Of a stretch of 64,000 nt of DNA, positions 25,771 to 40,138 are shown in pieces (within the stretch, counting starts at the first letter, position 1; every line of letters starts with the position of its first letter). Both the position numbers and the translations under genes were made by a program. Source of the stretch: Squalus acanthias (taxonomy: Eukaryota); contig CM059431.1 in the NCBI GenBank assembly GCA_030390025.1, forward strand, positions 122,700,001 through 122,764,000, read 5' to 3'. The notes beneath the pieces were generated by a model. The model was not told where the DNA came from, did no database searches, and worked only from the letters and a program-made list of their open reading frames with translations.

Positions 25771-27042
25771 GCCCATTGGTTGAAGAGGTGGAATGGAGGA
25801 GAGATGTCCTATACCCTCAGGGGAGCCAGAGGACGTCCGGACACATGCTCAGAAGGAAGTGGCAAGAGATAGCGGCAGAGGACAATGCCAGGAGTATAGC
25901 TCCAAGAACATGAATGCAGATGCACTGCCTATGGTCACACACCAGCTGCACGTTGAGGGACTGGAATCCCTTTCGTTCAGGCACATGGCAGAGTTAACAT
26001 GAGGTGCACGCAAAGCAATGTGCGTGCAGTCAATGGCACCCTGTACCAAGGGGAAGACTGCAATCCTTGCAAACCCTCGTGCTGGCTCCATCTGCTTCTC
26101 TCTGACAAGAGGTAATGAAATGAAGTTACCTCTCTTTGCATAGAGAACCTCAGTGACCTCCCTTATGCAGCAGTGCACTGCAAACTGAGATGTCTTGCTT
26201 ATATTTCCAGCAGCAGCCTAGAAGGAGCCAAATGCATAAACGTTCAGTGTCACCTTGACAGCCACTGGCAATGCAGTCCTTCCTCTGCTCTGAGTTTGTG
26301 CTGTGGCTGCACCAGATGGCAGATTTCAGTGACAACTTCTTTAGTGAAGTGCAGACATCTCAAGTATTGATTGTTGCTGACGTTTAGCTAAGAGAATTGC
26401 TCCCTAAATACCCTCTGTGATTGGCCTCCTACTGAGAGCCCTTCTCCCCCTCCTTCTCCCTCTTCTAGCAGCTTGTCCTGATCTGCGTAGTCTCTATTCA
26501 TTCTCTCAGTCATTTTCAATGCCAAGAGGAAGCCCTACTAGTTCACCCATGTCTCGGAGCATCTGGTTTGTGCAGAAGCCATTTAAGTCAGTAAAAAAGG
26601 ATTTCAGCACCTATCACATCACTCCCTGTACACTATTGAAAATTTATTCAACTATAGAAAGAACCCAAAACTTGTACAATTGCAGCAACAGCAAGAAGAA
26701 ATAAACCAGTAACTAACCTGTAAGTAGTTGAGCCCTTTAAATAGCGCTGGTGGTGGGTCCTTCATGCTGTGTAATGTCATGTTCATCTGTGTGAGGTAAA
26801 GAAAGGGTGTAGGCTGGAGGGTGGAGCTTCAAAAGGGCAGCACTGGCATCAATTCAGCATTACATGCTGATTGACGTCATGATCTGCCTGCTCTGCATGC
26901 TGCCAGCGGACATTAGGTGCGCGCACGTTAATCCCTTTCTAAATATGGCGTCTGCCGCACTTCCAATTAAGTGCCCGTATGGACGCTTAAGGGGCCTCAT
27001 AGCGCCCAAAAAACAGGCGCAACCAAGCCCAATTTCACCCCC
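25770..27042 (-). mobile_element. Harbinger fragment with transposase remnants
   Basis: GFARIAVFPLVQGAIDCTHIALRAP; terminus AATTTCACCCCC. Confidence 0.8.
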
Positions 27043-28559
27043 AGGTTGTTTGAAGGATGGCATGGAAATATATAAATAGGTTGACAGGCAACAATTTGTG
27101 GCTTGGACTCCTGGACCATGTACGTGGTACATCATATTGTTGGATAATCTTACCATATCAGATTTCTTAAAGTGCAGCATCTTTTCCTGCAGGTATGTAG
27201 ACTGCATTGGGTCTAGCTGCTGCCTCCTGTCCAGTATGGTGAGCTGTTGTCCTCTGAGGATTGTGCAGTGGAGTGCCAAATAGACCAATCTTCCTTGCAC
27301 CAGCAATCTATCCATTTTGCCAACCACCACACAGAGGATTGGGGTTTCACTGGTCTATCTCTTGCTTACAGACTTTGTTTCATGCCTCCGTGTTTGTTTT
27401 TCTCTCCTTATATTTCCTGTACCGCACAGCTTTTGCAAAAGTCTAACAACGTTCTTGAGTTTTTAAAAAGGCTCCAACAATTTATTTTATCACCATGTAT
27501 CTTTGATTTTGAGCAGAGTCCTTTAGGGGTTGTATATTCATGTTAATCTGCAGGGGTGCCTTCATATCACTTCATGCACAAAGCTCAAGCTGCAGACGGA
27601 GCATACTTAAATAATATTCTTGAGCTTGCCTTGCAACATCTGGCAAGGCCAGCTCATTACTCTGCCAGCACACACCTCGGATCTCGTTCTGCAGTCCCAG
27701 CGGTTTTTTAGCCGCATACTTCTTCAATATCTTGACATAAATTAGTAGCCTTAGCTGATGGCTCAAGTGCAACAATAGTACTCAGGGGGAATGGACACCT
27801 TCATCTAGCTTCACATCATAGAGTAAAAATGGAAAAAAATAATCTCATTTGGTATGATCCATCACTTCAGGATCATGAAGTACAAAGTAACATTTTTTAT
27901 TTTGTAACAGACAGGTACTTCAATGTTTTTTTCACAATTTTCAAGCTCGATCGGTTTCTTATTCCTACAAGTTTTTAATGAGACATGTGAGGAAGAATGA
28001 ATTAATAGACAGTTTCCTGATGTGCAGTCGTGGTAGGCTCGATTCTGCACCATGAAAGCCAAAGTGGAAAATTCACCCTATAAGGTATGAAACAATTGGA
28101 TGAGGCTGGTCTTCAATCCCATTTCTCTGGGGGTTCTACCGGTCTCCCACTGGAGATAATGGCAGAAGACTGGTAAACCCCAATGGAATTGTAGGGTCGA
28201 TGGGAGAGAAATTTGTTTTAGCCAGTCAAGTTGCCGGTGTCACAGGCAACTGGAGTTAACGGCCGCTGAAAATGGCCACAACGCTAACAGAGCAAAATTC
28301 GTCCAGGGGGTTGGAGATTGTTGGCGCAGCGCTTACCTGCCATGCAATGTTGTCCTGATGGTGTTACTGGAGGTTCATGTGCAAGTGAGGCTGTGGAGCT
28401 CGCAAGGAATTGTGGGCAATGAAGAGGCCTGAGAATTAAAGGGGCCATGCACACTGAAACAATACAAATTAAAATGAAGTGAAACAATGCATTTTTCAGC
28501 CTTTTCTGCCTTAAAAAAAACTTAACATTGAAAGGTCCAAAATTCAACTCTTAAAGCTG

Positions 28560-29846
28560 AATTTCCTTCCTAACATCAAAAAATGGGAAAAATGCCTCAC
28601 CACTGTCACAAATGGCTCAGCAAGCCATGGAAGGGGCACCCAGGGTCTCACACACAGCATGCCAGCTTTGTGCAAGGAGTCAACACTGCAAGATAGGCCC
28701 TCTGCACACAGGGACCAGGAGGCCCTGCAGAAAGAAGGATGTGCAAGTACATCACCGAGGCCATCACTGCCAGCAGTGTCGCCTCCACCACTTGGCTCCA
28801 GTGCCCAAAGAAGCACCTCAAAGTCAACCAGCAAGGACATTTTCAATGTCCCCCACTGAAAGTCAGCAGCCTTCCACCAGCCATGCTGCAGTCACTGGGG
28901 TAGCACTGCGTGGCATTAGTAGGAGAGGCAAAGGCACAGAAGACACTCACGAAGAGAATGCATATGGATGATGAGTTGATTTCTTGATGTCACATTGGAT
29001 AGATAGACGTATAGAGGTGGATTGGAAAGTTTGCTTTGTGGTGGCCTTTAGTTAAGCATCGTGGCCAAGAGGACATTGTGATGGTCAGTAACAGATGGAA
29101 GGTAAGGTGTGGGACTAATGTTGAAAGGGGAATTGGGGTTGTGGCCACTGGGACTGTAGGCAGATGATTCCATCCCGGATATCCCGGTTACAAAGGGGCT
29201 GTCTGGGATGCATCCTTCCATCTGCTTCCTCCTCTTCTGCTTCCTCCTCTTCTGTGTCTTCCTCTTCACTCTGCAAGCAGACACTGTAAATGTGAAATGA
29301 CAGCATAAACTGCTGGAAATACTCAGCTGGTCAGACAGCATCTCGACCTGCGATGTGAACTCTGATTTTCTCTCCACGAATGTTGCCTGACCTGCTGAGT
29401 ATTCGCAGCATGTTCTGTCTTCTCAAAGGCCTTCATTTACTATCCGAACCCTTGCAAGTGTCCAGTAGCACTCCCTACACACTTAAAAAAACTTTTCACA
29501 TCTATTGCAGCAAGCCAGCACTTCAATAAAATCAAAAAATAAGTCCAAAACCTTAAATCCAAACTTACATGAACGATGTGTGTGTCCCTTTAAGAGGTGC
29601 AGACATCGCCACTGCCAGCCTGCTTACACACCAGGTTAACCTAGCGTGCTTAGGATTTGCCGATTTCCGTCACAACACCACTATTTTGTTGGAGATGATG
29701 CTGCCAGTTACTGGCAACGCAAAAGTAGGGACAAAAGTGGTGGCCACCAAGGGACCCGTCAGCAGCTGGCGAAAGAGCAGTGGCCGCCGTTTTAGCGCCA
29801 TTTAATGGCACTACGGAATGGCGCTCAGGCCATAAATTTCTCGCCC
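28560..29846. mobile_element. Harbinger-derived fragment
   Basis: Similar to 51200-51800 (QQPSTSHAAVTGVALR; acidic transposase tail); terminus AAATTTCTCGCCC. Confidence 0.65.
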
Positions 29847-29926
29847 ATGTCTAATATACACTATTAAATCCTTTTTTCAATATTGAGAGAGATCACTGCC
29901 ACTGAATCCAAAAACATTCACACTAT

Positions 29927-32572
29927 GGCCTCGATTTTGCCATTGGGGTCAGGCTGGGCGTGTCAGGTGGTTTTCGTGTCAGGACCCCGACTCCGATGTG
30001 AAGTGGGAAAAAAGTGCGATTTTCCCCTAATTGGGCACTTGATTTCCAGCGTGTGGGAACCCCTGGCCCAATTAGTCTTTCCATCCTGAAAGTCGCCTCC
30101 GATGATGTCATCAGTGTTGCTGGATTTAAGGCCTGCAAGCACCTTGCTTCTACTGGAGACTGGAAACACTTTGGACATTGTATGAAGGACTTAATTTACC
30201 GACCATGTCCACCAGCAAGCAAAAGTGTGCACCTCGCTTTGATGAGCCCTCCCTCCAAGCTCTGGTGCAGGGAGCAAGATCTAATAAGGAGGTGCTCTTC
30301 CCTTCCTCAGGGAGAAAAAAGCCACCACAACAGACTAAAGCTGTGTGGCTGCAAGTGGCCCAGGAGGTCAATGCCATCTCTATGTGCCGCAGAACCTGGC
30401 TGCAGTGCAGGAAGAGGTCTCATGACCTTCTCCGCATAGGAAAAGTGAGTATGACTTTCTCATCACCCTCAATCTCATCCCCATCGCCTCTCCTCACCAG
30501 CACTCTGCTTTGCCAACCTCTTCCTCCACATCCCACTTGACACTGACATCCCTGCACCCTTACCCATTTCCTCTCTCTATGGTCACATTCACTTAACTAT
30601 TCGACCATGCAGCCCTCACACTCCCTATCACTGTGACACAATGACAACAACTTACAACACACAGAGAGGGCCCTTTGTCTCCTTCTAAGCATCTATGCTA
30701 TGGATTCTCTACACTCACTCCTTCATTCTCACTCAAACTCCACTTGTGTCCCTCATTGCAGGAAAAGAGAGCCCACAATAAGAGGGAAAGAGCGAGGACA
30801 GGAGGAGGGCCACCCTCAGTAGCCCAGCTCACCACCTCGGAGGAGGCGGCCTTGGAAATTGCCGGGATCGAGGAGGATTCCCAAGTGGGGGACGGACAGG
30901 CGGGCGCATCGCAGCAAGCTGGTGACAGAATAGTTTGGCATCTCTTTCATTGACATTGCATGAGTCACTGATAATGATTCTGATGCTCTAACAGATTGAC
31001 TTATGATCATCTGCACAATTCAATGTGCATGCAACCTTTACCTCACATCTCTAGCTCTTTCCTTTACTCCCCCACAGGACCATCGAAAGCCCCCATCCCC
31101 ACTATCCAGGAGGAAGAGCCTGAGCGTCCAGAATCCCCAGAGGAAGCTGCAACCTCTGAGGGCGCTCCGTCAGCAGAATTAAGCGCACTCAGCACCAGCG
31201 CAGACACTCACACCTCGGTGGGACCTTCGGGACATAGAGTAGAGTTGTCACCTGGTGTATCACAGCTTACAAGTAAGCATCAGCAGATGGTAGAGATAGG
31301 GACAGCAGTGGAGAGTCCTCGTCGCAGTGGAGAGGATGCTCCCAGCTCGGCTTCGCTGCATGTCGACCCTGTGCCTCCGGGTCCATCCAGGAGAGCGGTG
31401 CTGGAACTCCAGGAGGAGATGCAGGAGTCTCTGGCAGGTTTTGTCTCCAGGGTCGCTGCGAGTGTGGAGCGAATGGAGGAGTCCATCGCTAACATGAGCA
31501 GAGCCTTTGTGGAGGCGTTGGCGCATGAACGCATCACCACGGAAAGGATGGCTACCTCCATGGTAAGGCTGGCTACCGTAGTCACTTGGGTGTAATGTTG
31601 TGTTTAATTTTGAAAAGCCATCAGTTGCTTATTGTCATAAAAAATTCTGATGGCAAACTGTTGCAGTTGTGGCGTGTGTCATTTCGCTAATGGGACTTCC
31701 AGTTTGAGGGCTTAGGGCGACTTGCAATTGTCAGTATGGTGGTCAGAATGATAGGAATCTGCAGGTTCTTGGCCATTGTCGATGGTCTGATAAGAAGGTG
31801 CGAGGCAAAAATGTTTGATTGTGCAGGCTAAGCAAATCTGGTCAAGCTGAGTGCGTCCCTTGCATCCCAGGCAGCAATGTGGTCGCGCGCTGACGCCTTC
31901 TGGCCTGTGCAGCTTCAGGTGGGTGAGCAGCAGCTTGGCGCTCCTGTTGTTGCTGCTGCTGTTGGTGCTGCTGTTGTTCATGGTTCTGCTGCTGCCATGG
32001 CTGGTCTTCGTCCAAATCTGATGTCCAGGAGGAAAGGAAATAAATGGTTCCCATGCTTCTGATATATGCCTCAGTTGAGGAAGCACTCAGTCAAGGTGGC
32101 GAGAGGGGTTTCCCAGGAGGTCACACTGGAGATGGGTGTCAGGCTCCAAACTTCCACAACAATGGGTATGCCTGCTAAAAGTTCCCCCAGACCTGAGACA
32201 ACAAAGTTCTGCCACCTGCAAATGATGATTGCTGAAAACTCCTTTTGAATGGTGGAGCTGCAGCTGTTAGTAAGCAGTCCACTTGTGTGGCCGCCAGGAT
32301 TCACTGGCGTGTTCCAGAGGAGACGTGCAGGACGTGGGCAAAGTGGTAAAATCAGAATGGCCTCTCAAAATGGGATTATAGAGGCACTTAACTGGTTGTT
32401 AAGGGCCTTAAGGGCCTATCCCGCCTCTTGGAGGCGGGATGGAAACAGGGTCAGAAAACACGCATTTGGGAAAATTGCTCGGAGGCGGGATCGGTCCCGC
32501 CCGCCATTTTTTGCAATTTTACCACCTCACACGCCTCCAATCCCGCCTCCTCGGGCCTGGCAAAATCGAGCC
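29927..32572. mobile_element. Harbinger element with transposase largely deleted
   Basis: Terminal inverted repeats share CTCGATTTTGCCA; carries a Myb/SANT gene. Confidence 0.85.
30205..31595 (+). CDS. Harbinger Myb/SANT-like DNA-binding protein, 3 exons (30205-30444, 30762-30921, 31078-31595), 305 aa
   Basis: APRFDEPSLQALV...W..VA.EVNA...RTWLQCRKR..DL; GT-AG introns in compatible phases (0, 1); EKRAHNKRERARTGGG motif. Confidence 0.75.
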
Positions 32573-32838
32573 TTCTGTCTGTACCACATCTTCCTTTAAG
32601 GAGTCTCAACTGGTCAAGTCAGTAACGCCTCCATTTCAGTTTTTCTTCATGTATTCATGTCTTTGGCCTCTCCTCGGTCCACATAAATAACTCTTACATC
32701 TCCTCTATTGCTAAAGCTGCCCTGAAGACGCTCTGTTTCTTCTTTCTTTTCCCTCAACAACTCTCAATTTGCTATACCACAAAGTCTATTCAAGACCAAA
32801 GTATTGCTGCCATATGTGGGCTAGCACTCCAAACACTT

Positions 32839-33245
32839 CTGTGGCTCAGTGGGTAGCTCACTCGCCTCTGAGTCAGAAGGTTGTGGGTTCAAGGCCTACT
32901 CCACAGGACTTAAGCACATAAATCTAGACTGACACTCCTTTCGGATGAGACATTAAACCACGGCCCCGTCTGCTCTCTCAGGTGGACGTAAAAGATCCCG
33001 TGGCACTATTTCAAAGAAGAGCAGGGGAGTTATCCCTGGTGTGCTGGCCAATATTTATCCCTCAATCAACATAACAAAAACAGTTTACCTGGTCATTATC
33101 GCATTGTTCTTTGTGGGAGCTTGCTGAGCACAAAATTGGCTGCCATGTTTCCCACATTGCAACAGTGACTATACTTCTATTGTCTGTAAAGCACTTTGAG
33201 ATGTCTGGTGGTCATGAAAGGTGCTATATAAATGCAAATCTTTCT
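32839..33245 (+). mobile_element. Same SINE, second copy
   Basis: Collinear with 15292-15745. Confidence 0.8.
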
Positions 33246-36079
33246 CTTGCACTGGTGGACAGAGTACAAGGTAAAGCAATTCATTTGATAGCTGATCCCT
33301 CTCCCACCTCTAGCCTATAACCTCTGTTATATTACTTTATTTCCCCTTATTTTATCAGTATTACTATAATCAGTGTTCCTTACCTCTCATTCCTGTTATG
33401 CTCCAAATATACTATCCTAGACATTCTTCATCCTCTCTGCATCCTGACTGTTTAGAAATCAAGACTGGATGTACACTCTCCTGCTCTGAGTCGGCATATT
33501 TTGACTTTCGGCGGGAATGGAAGACTGGTGATGGTAACCCGGCTACCCATTATACACCCCGCCAAATTTTCCTTCCTAGAAGTCGATGGATAGGAAGATT
33601 AGGCTGGCTGTATGACGGGTGATCAATCCGCAACCACCAGTTTTCCATCACCAACGAAATTGAAATTCTATCCCATTTTTCTCAGGACCTCAAATCTGTG
33701 GAACTTCTTTCCTCTTTCAGTTTCTTGTTCTTCCTGTAATCTTCAAGCTTTTTATGACCTAAGCTTAGCAGCACATAATCAGAACGTCCTAAGGAATTTG
33801 AATTAGTAATTTCACTGTTGCGCTCGCCCAGTGACCTCACCCCTTTCAAAGTTGGTGGAGTCCAGCTAGACTGCATATGGCGACTTAACCGAGACAAGAC
33901 AAAAGAAGACATTTACCTCATCTTTTTTACGCTTTCAGCCTTGGTGATGTCATACACTATTAGTCTCAGTCCTTCACCTTGTTTTCTCAACAAAAAATAA
34001 CTGAGCTGTTAGAACTGCAAATAATTTCTAGTTACTATCTGTGAAGAAGATGGGATAATAGCAAATAAAAAAATGTCTGGCTTTACAGAAACTAAAGTTG
34101 ACATCAAGTGGATTGATTCAGAAGGAATTATTTCTCCCATGCCTCATTGAAAACTTATGGAGATAAGGAACCAATTGTGTTTCAAAAGTCTGGCAAAACA
34201 ATCAAGTATTTGTTACAAGAACATTTTTGACAGGAAGGGGCCTTATTGCTTTTCCAGTTCTTTTAACATCAGTTGGACCATTTCATATTTGCTGTTATTA
34301 TAAATTATTTTGGGAAGATTATAGCCTGGAATTTCTGCCATGGTCCACCCAATTTTGTGGGGTAGGTCTCACCTGATTTTCAACCTTCATTTCTGCTGAC
34401 CATTCATCTATTTTTGGTAGGCATGTGTAAATGAGGTGTTGTCATACTTTGGGATTTTGGATATTTTTTCTTTACAGAAAAGATTTGGGATTGAGTTATT
34501 ATTAAATGTTGTGTTTTGAAACAACATACGCTCAGACATATTTTTAAAGCAATAGGCTGCAGGCATTAAAGATGTGTATTGAAGTTAGATCAGCCAGTTT
34601 GTGTAATGACATAACTCACAATGAATTTCAAGCTGATGCAACAATGATTGTCTTATCCCAGGCTCATTAGCTAGGCTGACCAGAGATGTTAAGCCATTCA
34701 TCATCTTGTCTCAGGTGGCCAACCAAATGTATGCTGAGAATTCAAGAAGTCATTTTTTGCAGTTAGAAGTAAGGTAATGACAATAACAAGTAAGAAAGAC
34801 CATGAAAGGGAAAGCAAGTGTGGTTTATTATTTTTTCCTATATTTTCAAGAAAAGATGTATGATTGAGCTAAATAAGTAAGCGTTGCTTTGATGGTTATT
34901 CTCTATGTACACCAGCTGTTTGTGAAATAAAGCACCTTAACGTCTTACCAAATGTTTCGTAGGCCGTCTTTAAAAAGATTGGAGGAATGCATGTCCGGGC
35001 ATGTGCAAGAGACACAGGCCTAGAAATTGGATTCGACCCGAAAACAGGTGTGGGGATTGCGATCTGCCCTGCGCCCATTGAAAGTGGTGCAGGCAGCACT
35101 CAAAATTCATGCTGCTTGCTCATTTGCATGATTGGAGCGCTGAGCTCAGCGCTAAATGCACTGCTGGTTGGCTCATTGCTCAACATCAGGTGCAGTCTAA
35201 TGGCTAATAAAATTTTGCCTAGGCTCTCTACACTTCTTAAAGGGGAGGTGCTTTGTTGCAGAAGCACTTCATTCTCACTCTGGATGCAGCTGAGGCTCAA
35301 CAGGAAGATAAAGGGCAAGGCGATTGTCTGATGCAGCACTGGAGGCCTTGGTCCTGGGGGTACACAGAAGAAGACAGGTACTCTATCCTCAGAGAGGCAG
35401 GGGGCCTTCCAGGCAGAACACTGGAAGGCAGTGGGAGGAGATAGCACAAGCCGTCAGTGCCACGTGTGTTGCCACCAGGACCTGGATCCAGTGCCGCAAG
35501 AAGTTTAATATGACCTCACATGAGTGGCCAAGGTGAGTGAATGCATCTTCAAATGCGATATCCCACTAACTGCACCACTAGCCTCACACACTGCTCAATG
35601 CACCATACCCTCATCACTCACCTACCAACAATCTCTAGCAATTACGACTCATACCTTACAATCATAGCTTCACCTTACCCTCACACACTTACCACTGCTG
35701 CAAGCCTCACACCCACATCTCACACCTTCCACACACTGCCAGCTATTCAACCATGATAGGAACACCACACAAACACATTGCACCACATTCACTGAAACAC
35801 TTCCCTTTCTCTTGGAGGCCAAGGTGGCTCACAACCACCGTGAGAAGCAGCAGACAGGCGGAGGGGAAGCATGTCTTCAAAACCTCACTGCGCTGGAGGA
35901 GACGGTGTTGGGGATCATTGGACGCACCGTCATTGAGGCTGTGGCGAGCGGCGAGGATGAAAGTATTGCTTCTCCCTCATGGCACAATCTCTTCTCACTT
36001 ACAAGCTAGTGTAAACATGTACATCTTGCTTTCCCCCCTCCTCTCATCACAACCTGAACCTAATGCGTTTCTCCTTTCA

Positions 36080-37695
36080 AATACCCAAGAAATAAAATTA
36101 ACGTAAGTAAAATAACAATAATGAAGAAAATAATGGCACTAAAGAGTGACAAACCCTCAGGACCAGATGATTTCCATCCCAGGGATTTAAAGGAAGTAGG
36201 TGAGCACATTGCAGATCCCCTAAATATGACCTTCCAAAGTTTTCTCAATTCAGGAACCGTTCCTTTAGATTGGAAAATTCCACATGTCACTCTGCTATTT
36301 AAGAATGGTGAGAGAGGGAAACTAAGGAATTATAGACCAGTTAGCCTTACATTTGTTGTCGGGAAATTACTAGAGTCTATAATTAAGGATAGAGTGACTG
36401 AAAACCTTGAAAATTTTCAGTTGATCAGAGAGAGCCAGCATGGATTTGTGAAAAACCTGATTGAATTTTTTGAAGAGGTGACTAAAGTAGTAGACAGGGG
36501 AAAGTCTATGGATTTTATTTATATGGATTTCCAGAAGTCATTTGATAAAGTCCTGCATAAGAGATTGTTAACTAAGGTTGAAGCCCATGGAATTGAAGGC
36601 AAATTATTGATCTGGTTAGAAAATTGGCTGGGCGGCAGGGGATAGAGAGTAGGGATAATGGGCAGGTACTCTAATTGGCAGGATGTGACCGTGGTGTCCC
36701 GCAGGGATCTGTGTTGGGGCCTCAACTATTCACAGTATTTATTAAGGACTTAGATGATGGCATAGAAAGCCACATATCTCAATTTGCCGATGACACAAAG
36801 ATAGGCAGCATTGTAGGCAGTGTAGATGAAAGCATAAAATTACAAATGGATATCGATAGATTAAGTGAATGGGCAAAACTGTGGAAAATGGATTCCAATG
36901 TAGGCAAATGTGAGGCCATCCAGTTTGGACCCAAAAAGGATAGAACAGTGTACTTTCTAAATGGTGAAAAGCTAAAAACAGTGGAGGTCCAAAGAGACTT
37001 GGGGGGTCCAGGTAAATAGATCATTAAAATCTCATGACAGGTACAGAAAATAATCAAAAAGTCTAATGGAATGCTAGCCTTTATATCTAGTGGACTAGAA
37101 TACAAGGAGGTAGAAGTTATGCTGCAGCTATACAAAACCCTGGTTAGACTACACCTGGAGTACTGTGAACAGTTCTGGCACCGCACCTTAGGAAGGATAT
37201 ATTGGCCTTAGACGGAGTGCAGCGTAGATTTACCAGAATAATACCTGGACTCCAAGGGTTAAATCACAAGGAGAGATTACACAAATTATTCCCTAGAATT
37301 TAGAAGGTTAAGGGGTGATCTGATCGAAGTTTTCAAGATATTAAAGGGAACAAATAGGGTAGATAGAGAGAAACAATTTCCGCTGGTTGGGGATTCTAGG
37401 ACTAGGGCGCATAGTCTAAAAATTAGAGTCAGACTTTTAAGAAGTGAAATTAGGAAACCGTTCTACACACAAAGGGTGGTAGAAGTTTGGAACTCTCTTC
37501 TGCAAATGGCCATTGATACTAGATTAATTGTTAATTTTAAATTTCAGATTGAAAGTTTTTTGTTAACCAAAGGTTTTAAAGGATATGGGCCAAAGGCAGG
37601 TATATGGAGTTAGGTTGCAGATCAGCCATGATCTCATTGAATGGTAGAACAGGCTAGAGGGGCTCAATGACCTCCTCCTGTTCCTATGTTCCTAA
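36080..37695 (+). mobile_element. CR1 LINE, degraded, nested in Harbinger
   Basis: RT motifs across frameshifts; tail TTCCTATGTTCCTA. Confidence 0.92.
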
Positions 37696-37990
37696 CTGGC
37701 AGCAGCCCTGACCTAGTAGAGGTGAAGAGTGATGAAGAAAAGGCACTGTCACTCGATCTGACACTCCCAGGCACGAGCTCAGAAAATGGCAGTGTGTGAA
37801 TTTTAGATGGTAGTATAGAGATGGGATATGCACGTGATGTGGCACTGGGCATGAGTTGGCTGTAGCCAGGCCAGGGGAAAGGGTAGCACGGGTGCCAGCT
37901 CCCAAGAGGCGAGTTCGCATGCAAGCTCTGCTGCACAGGACTCAGAGGATGACTTTGATGGGAGCCGTTCAGAAGAAGGGTGATGGCCAT

Positions 37991-39714
37991 TGTAAGGGAT
38001 TCCTGACCCTGCGTGTCTCGCAGCCTGTGAGATTCACGCGGCTCTGTGCAGCCTGTATGTCAGTGCGGGTCTAGGCCTGGTTGCCTGTTCTGGTCTCCAG
38101 CCAGTCTGGGAACACTAGACACACCTGTGAGTGGTTCGAATCACTCTCCCTTACGGTTCTAGACACTGGACTTAGATGCGAGAGCAGTAATGGAGATAAA
38201 ACTCATGTAGACTCGGTTTGAATGGTACGAAATGGAAAATCTTTATTGCATGATACTTAAAATTATGAAATACATGTCATAAGCACAGATTAATGACAGT
38301 ACAATCTTACAAACAGTTATATAGTCGATCTTAGGGAAACGAGGAACGAACGGCACAACGTAAATAGGGGCACACATTACAAATATCCTTAATCTTTAAA
38401 CCCTCCCCTATCAATATCTATCCTAAACTAGCTTCGTAGGATCTCGAGACTCATGCTCACCACTCGTGATAACTCGGAGAAATTCCGAATAGCTGATCGG
38501 ATGTTTTTCACCGCAGCACCCACGTGTCGGTCAGGAGATCTCCTGGTCCCACTTGTTTACTTGCTTCTGCTGCTTCGGCTAGTAGGCTGGACCGTCTGCT
38601 GTGATGAAGACCTGTGTTGGTTGGTTTAACAGGTACTCTTGGAGCACCGTTGTCAATATCATCGATACGATGTGTTTTCACGTTCCAACCTCCTTAGACA
38701 CAGTCCCGTTATCGTCGATGCAATATGTTTTGTTAGAAGTTTAAAGAAAACTTCCTGGCGAGAAACTTGGCTGATCGACCTACAGGCGCGGTCGGGATTT
38801 ACTGACCGTGGCGATGGATATGGTCTTCTTCTCTTCTCCTCTCATCTCATCTCATCTCATCTCATCTCGGGCCTTTGGTTCCGCTGCCAGTTACCAACAT
38901 AGGTCTTCGTTACGCGACATGAGGTAGATCCGAACGGATCAGAAAGTTCAACAGTCTTTTTCAGAAGAGGCAACAGGCAAGCAGAAGCCCAACTACGAGT
39001 ACACAGGAGCAGCCACGAGGTTACGAATCGACCGGATAAAACACAGGAGCAAGCGAGCGAACGCAGGAGCAAGAGCAAGAGAGAGAATGGACGGTTTGGA
39101 GCCTGCAATTATAGTGCAAAAATCTTCCATTTCCCGCCCAACTATAATGTCCATTCTTTTGTTTAGGGTTTGGCGCCCAAATGTCTTGTATGGGTGATCT
39201 CCGTTCTTAATGGGTTTCGGGGCTACTCATGAATGTTTGAGTACCCGTTAATATTTCTCCCATTGTTAAATCGGTCGGTGTTCTCCCTGGAGGGGTTTGG
39301 GGCTTCCAAGTGTCCTGTATAACTACCTGCTAACGGCTCTCTCATCGTAGAGTCGTTGGGAGTTTACATATTAATGTCCTTTGGATGGGCCCTTGAGTAC
39401 TCGGTACAATGGCTTTCCTTTGTACCTGGGAGACCGATTCCAGTATCTATGTTTATACTGCAAACCCATAATGTCTCGTGTATTATCTTCACTGTGCTGA
39501 ATCGTTATCGATCTTGCACAAATGTTTAATGGAACGCCATCTTGTCTGCCTGTTGAAAAGTCTAGAATGTTCTGTCACGAGGTGCGGCGGCCATTTTACA
39601 GGCTGCTTGTGTCCAATTTAAACCTGCCAGCATTCTGCTGAAATAAAAGCTGTTTGAACGAAACTTTGTGTTTTCTCCTTATTAATCAAATCGCGATATA
39701 TTGCGAATTCTACA
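37991..39714 (-). repeat. 3' LTR (1724 bp)
   Basis: Matches the 5' LTR except at 38920/50006 and 39092/50178 (by eye); preceded on the minus strand by a purine-rich tract. Confidence 0.97.
38242..38247 (-). promoter_or_regulatory. Candidate polyadenylation signal in the 3' LTR (5' LTR copy at 49328-49333)
   Basis: AATAAA on the minus strand, ~250 nt before the LTR end. Confidence 0.6.
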
Positions 39715-39726
39715 GTCCCTCCTGTT
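39715..39726 (-). promoter_or_regulatory. Polypurine tract
   Basis: AACAGGAGGGAC directly abutting the TGTA start of the 3' LTR. Confidence 0.7.
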
Positions 39727-40138
39727 GATGCGAATAACTCCGCTTATCGTATCAAAAATCACAGTGGTGAGCAATCTTATCTCGATTTCACTCCGAATCC
39801 AGTAAATTAATCCCATAATTTTTAACTTAACTAGGGTCTCTGTGTCGTCCTTATTTCCCAAGAAAATCACATTTTATATCACCGTAGGCATCATTTGCCC
39901 TTAAACTTACACCACTTGTTTTCCTTCCCGGCGTAACCAGGCCGATACCTCACGCATCACCTGTATATTTGTCTTTTATTCAGGGAAAGGAAAAAACAAA
40001 ACCCAAAACCAAACAATCAACACCATCACCAAAATAATCAAACCCCAACTCTTAAAACATGTCGAGTTTCCAACGTATTTACAATGAGTACAAACTTCCG
40101 CGGCGCACGCGGCGAGCGGGAGTGACGCCATTTTCCGA

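Noticed and set aside
34088..34125. PB1-like peptide TKVDIKWIDSEG after TTTACAG
   Set aside because: No splice donor and a stop follows shortly; too short to support
38639..39108. Short ORFs in the LTR (and their copies at 49725-50194) as accessory genes
   Set aside because: Non-ATG starts, low complexity from the microsatellite, no recognisable motif
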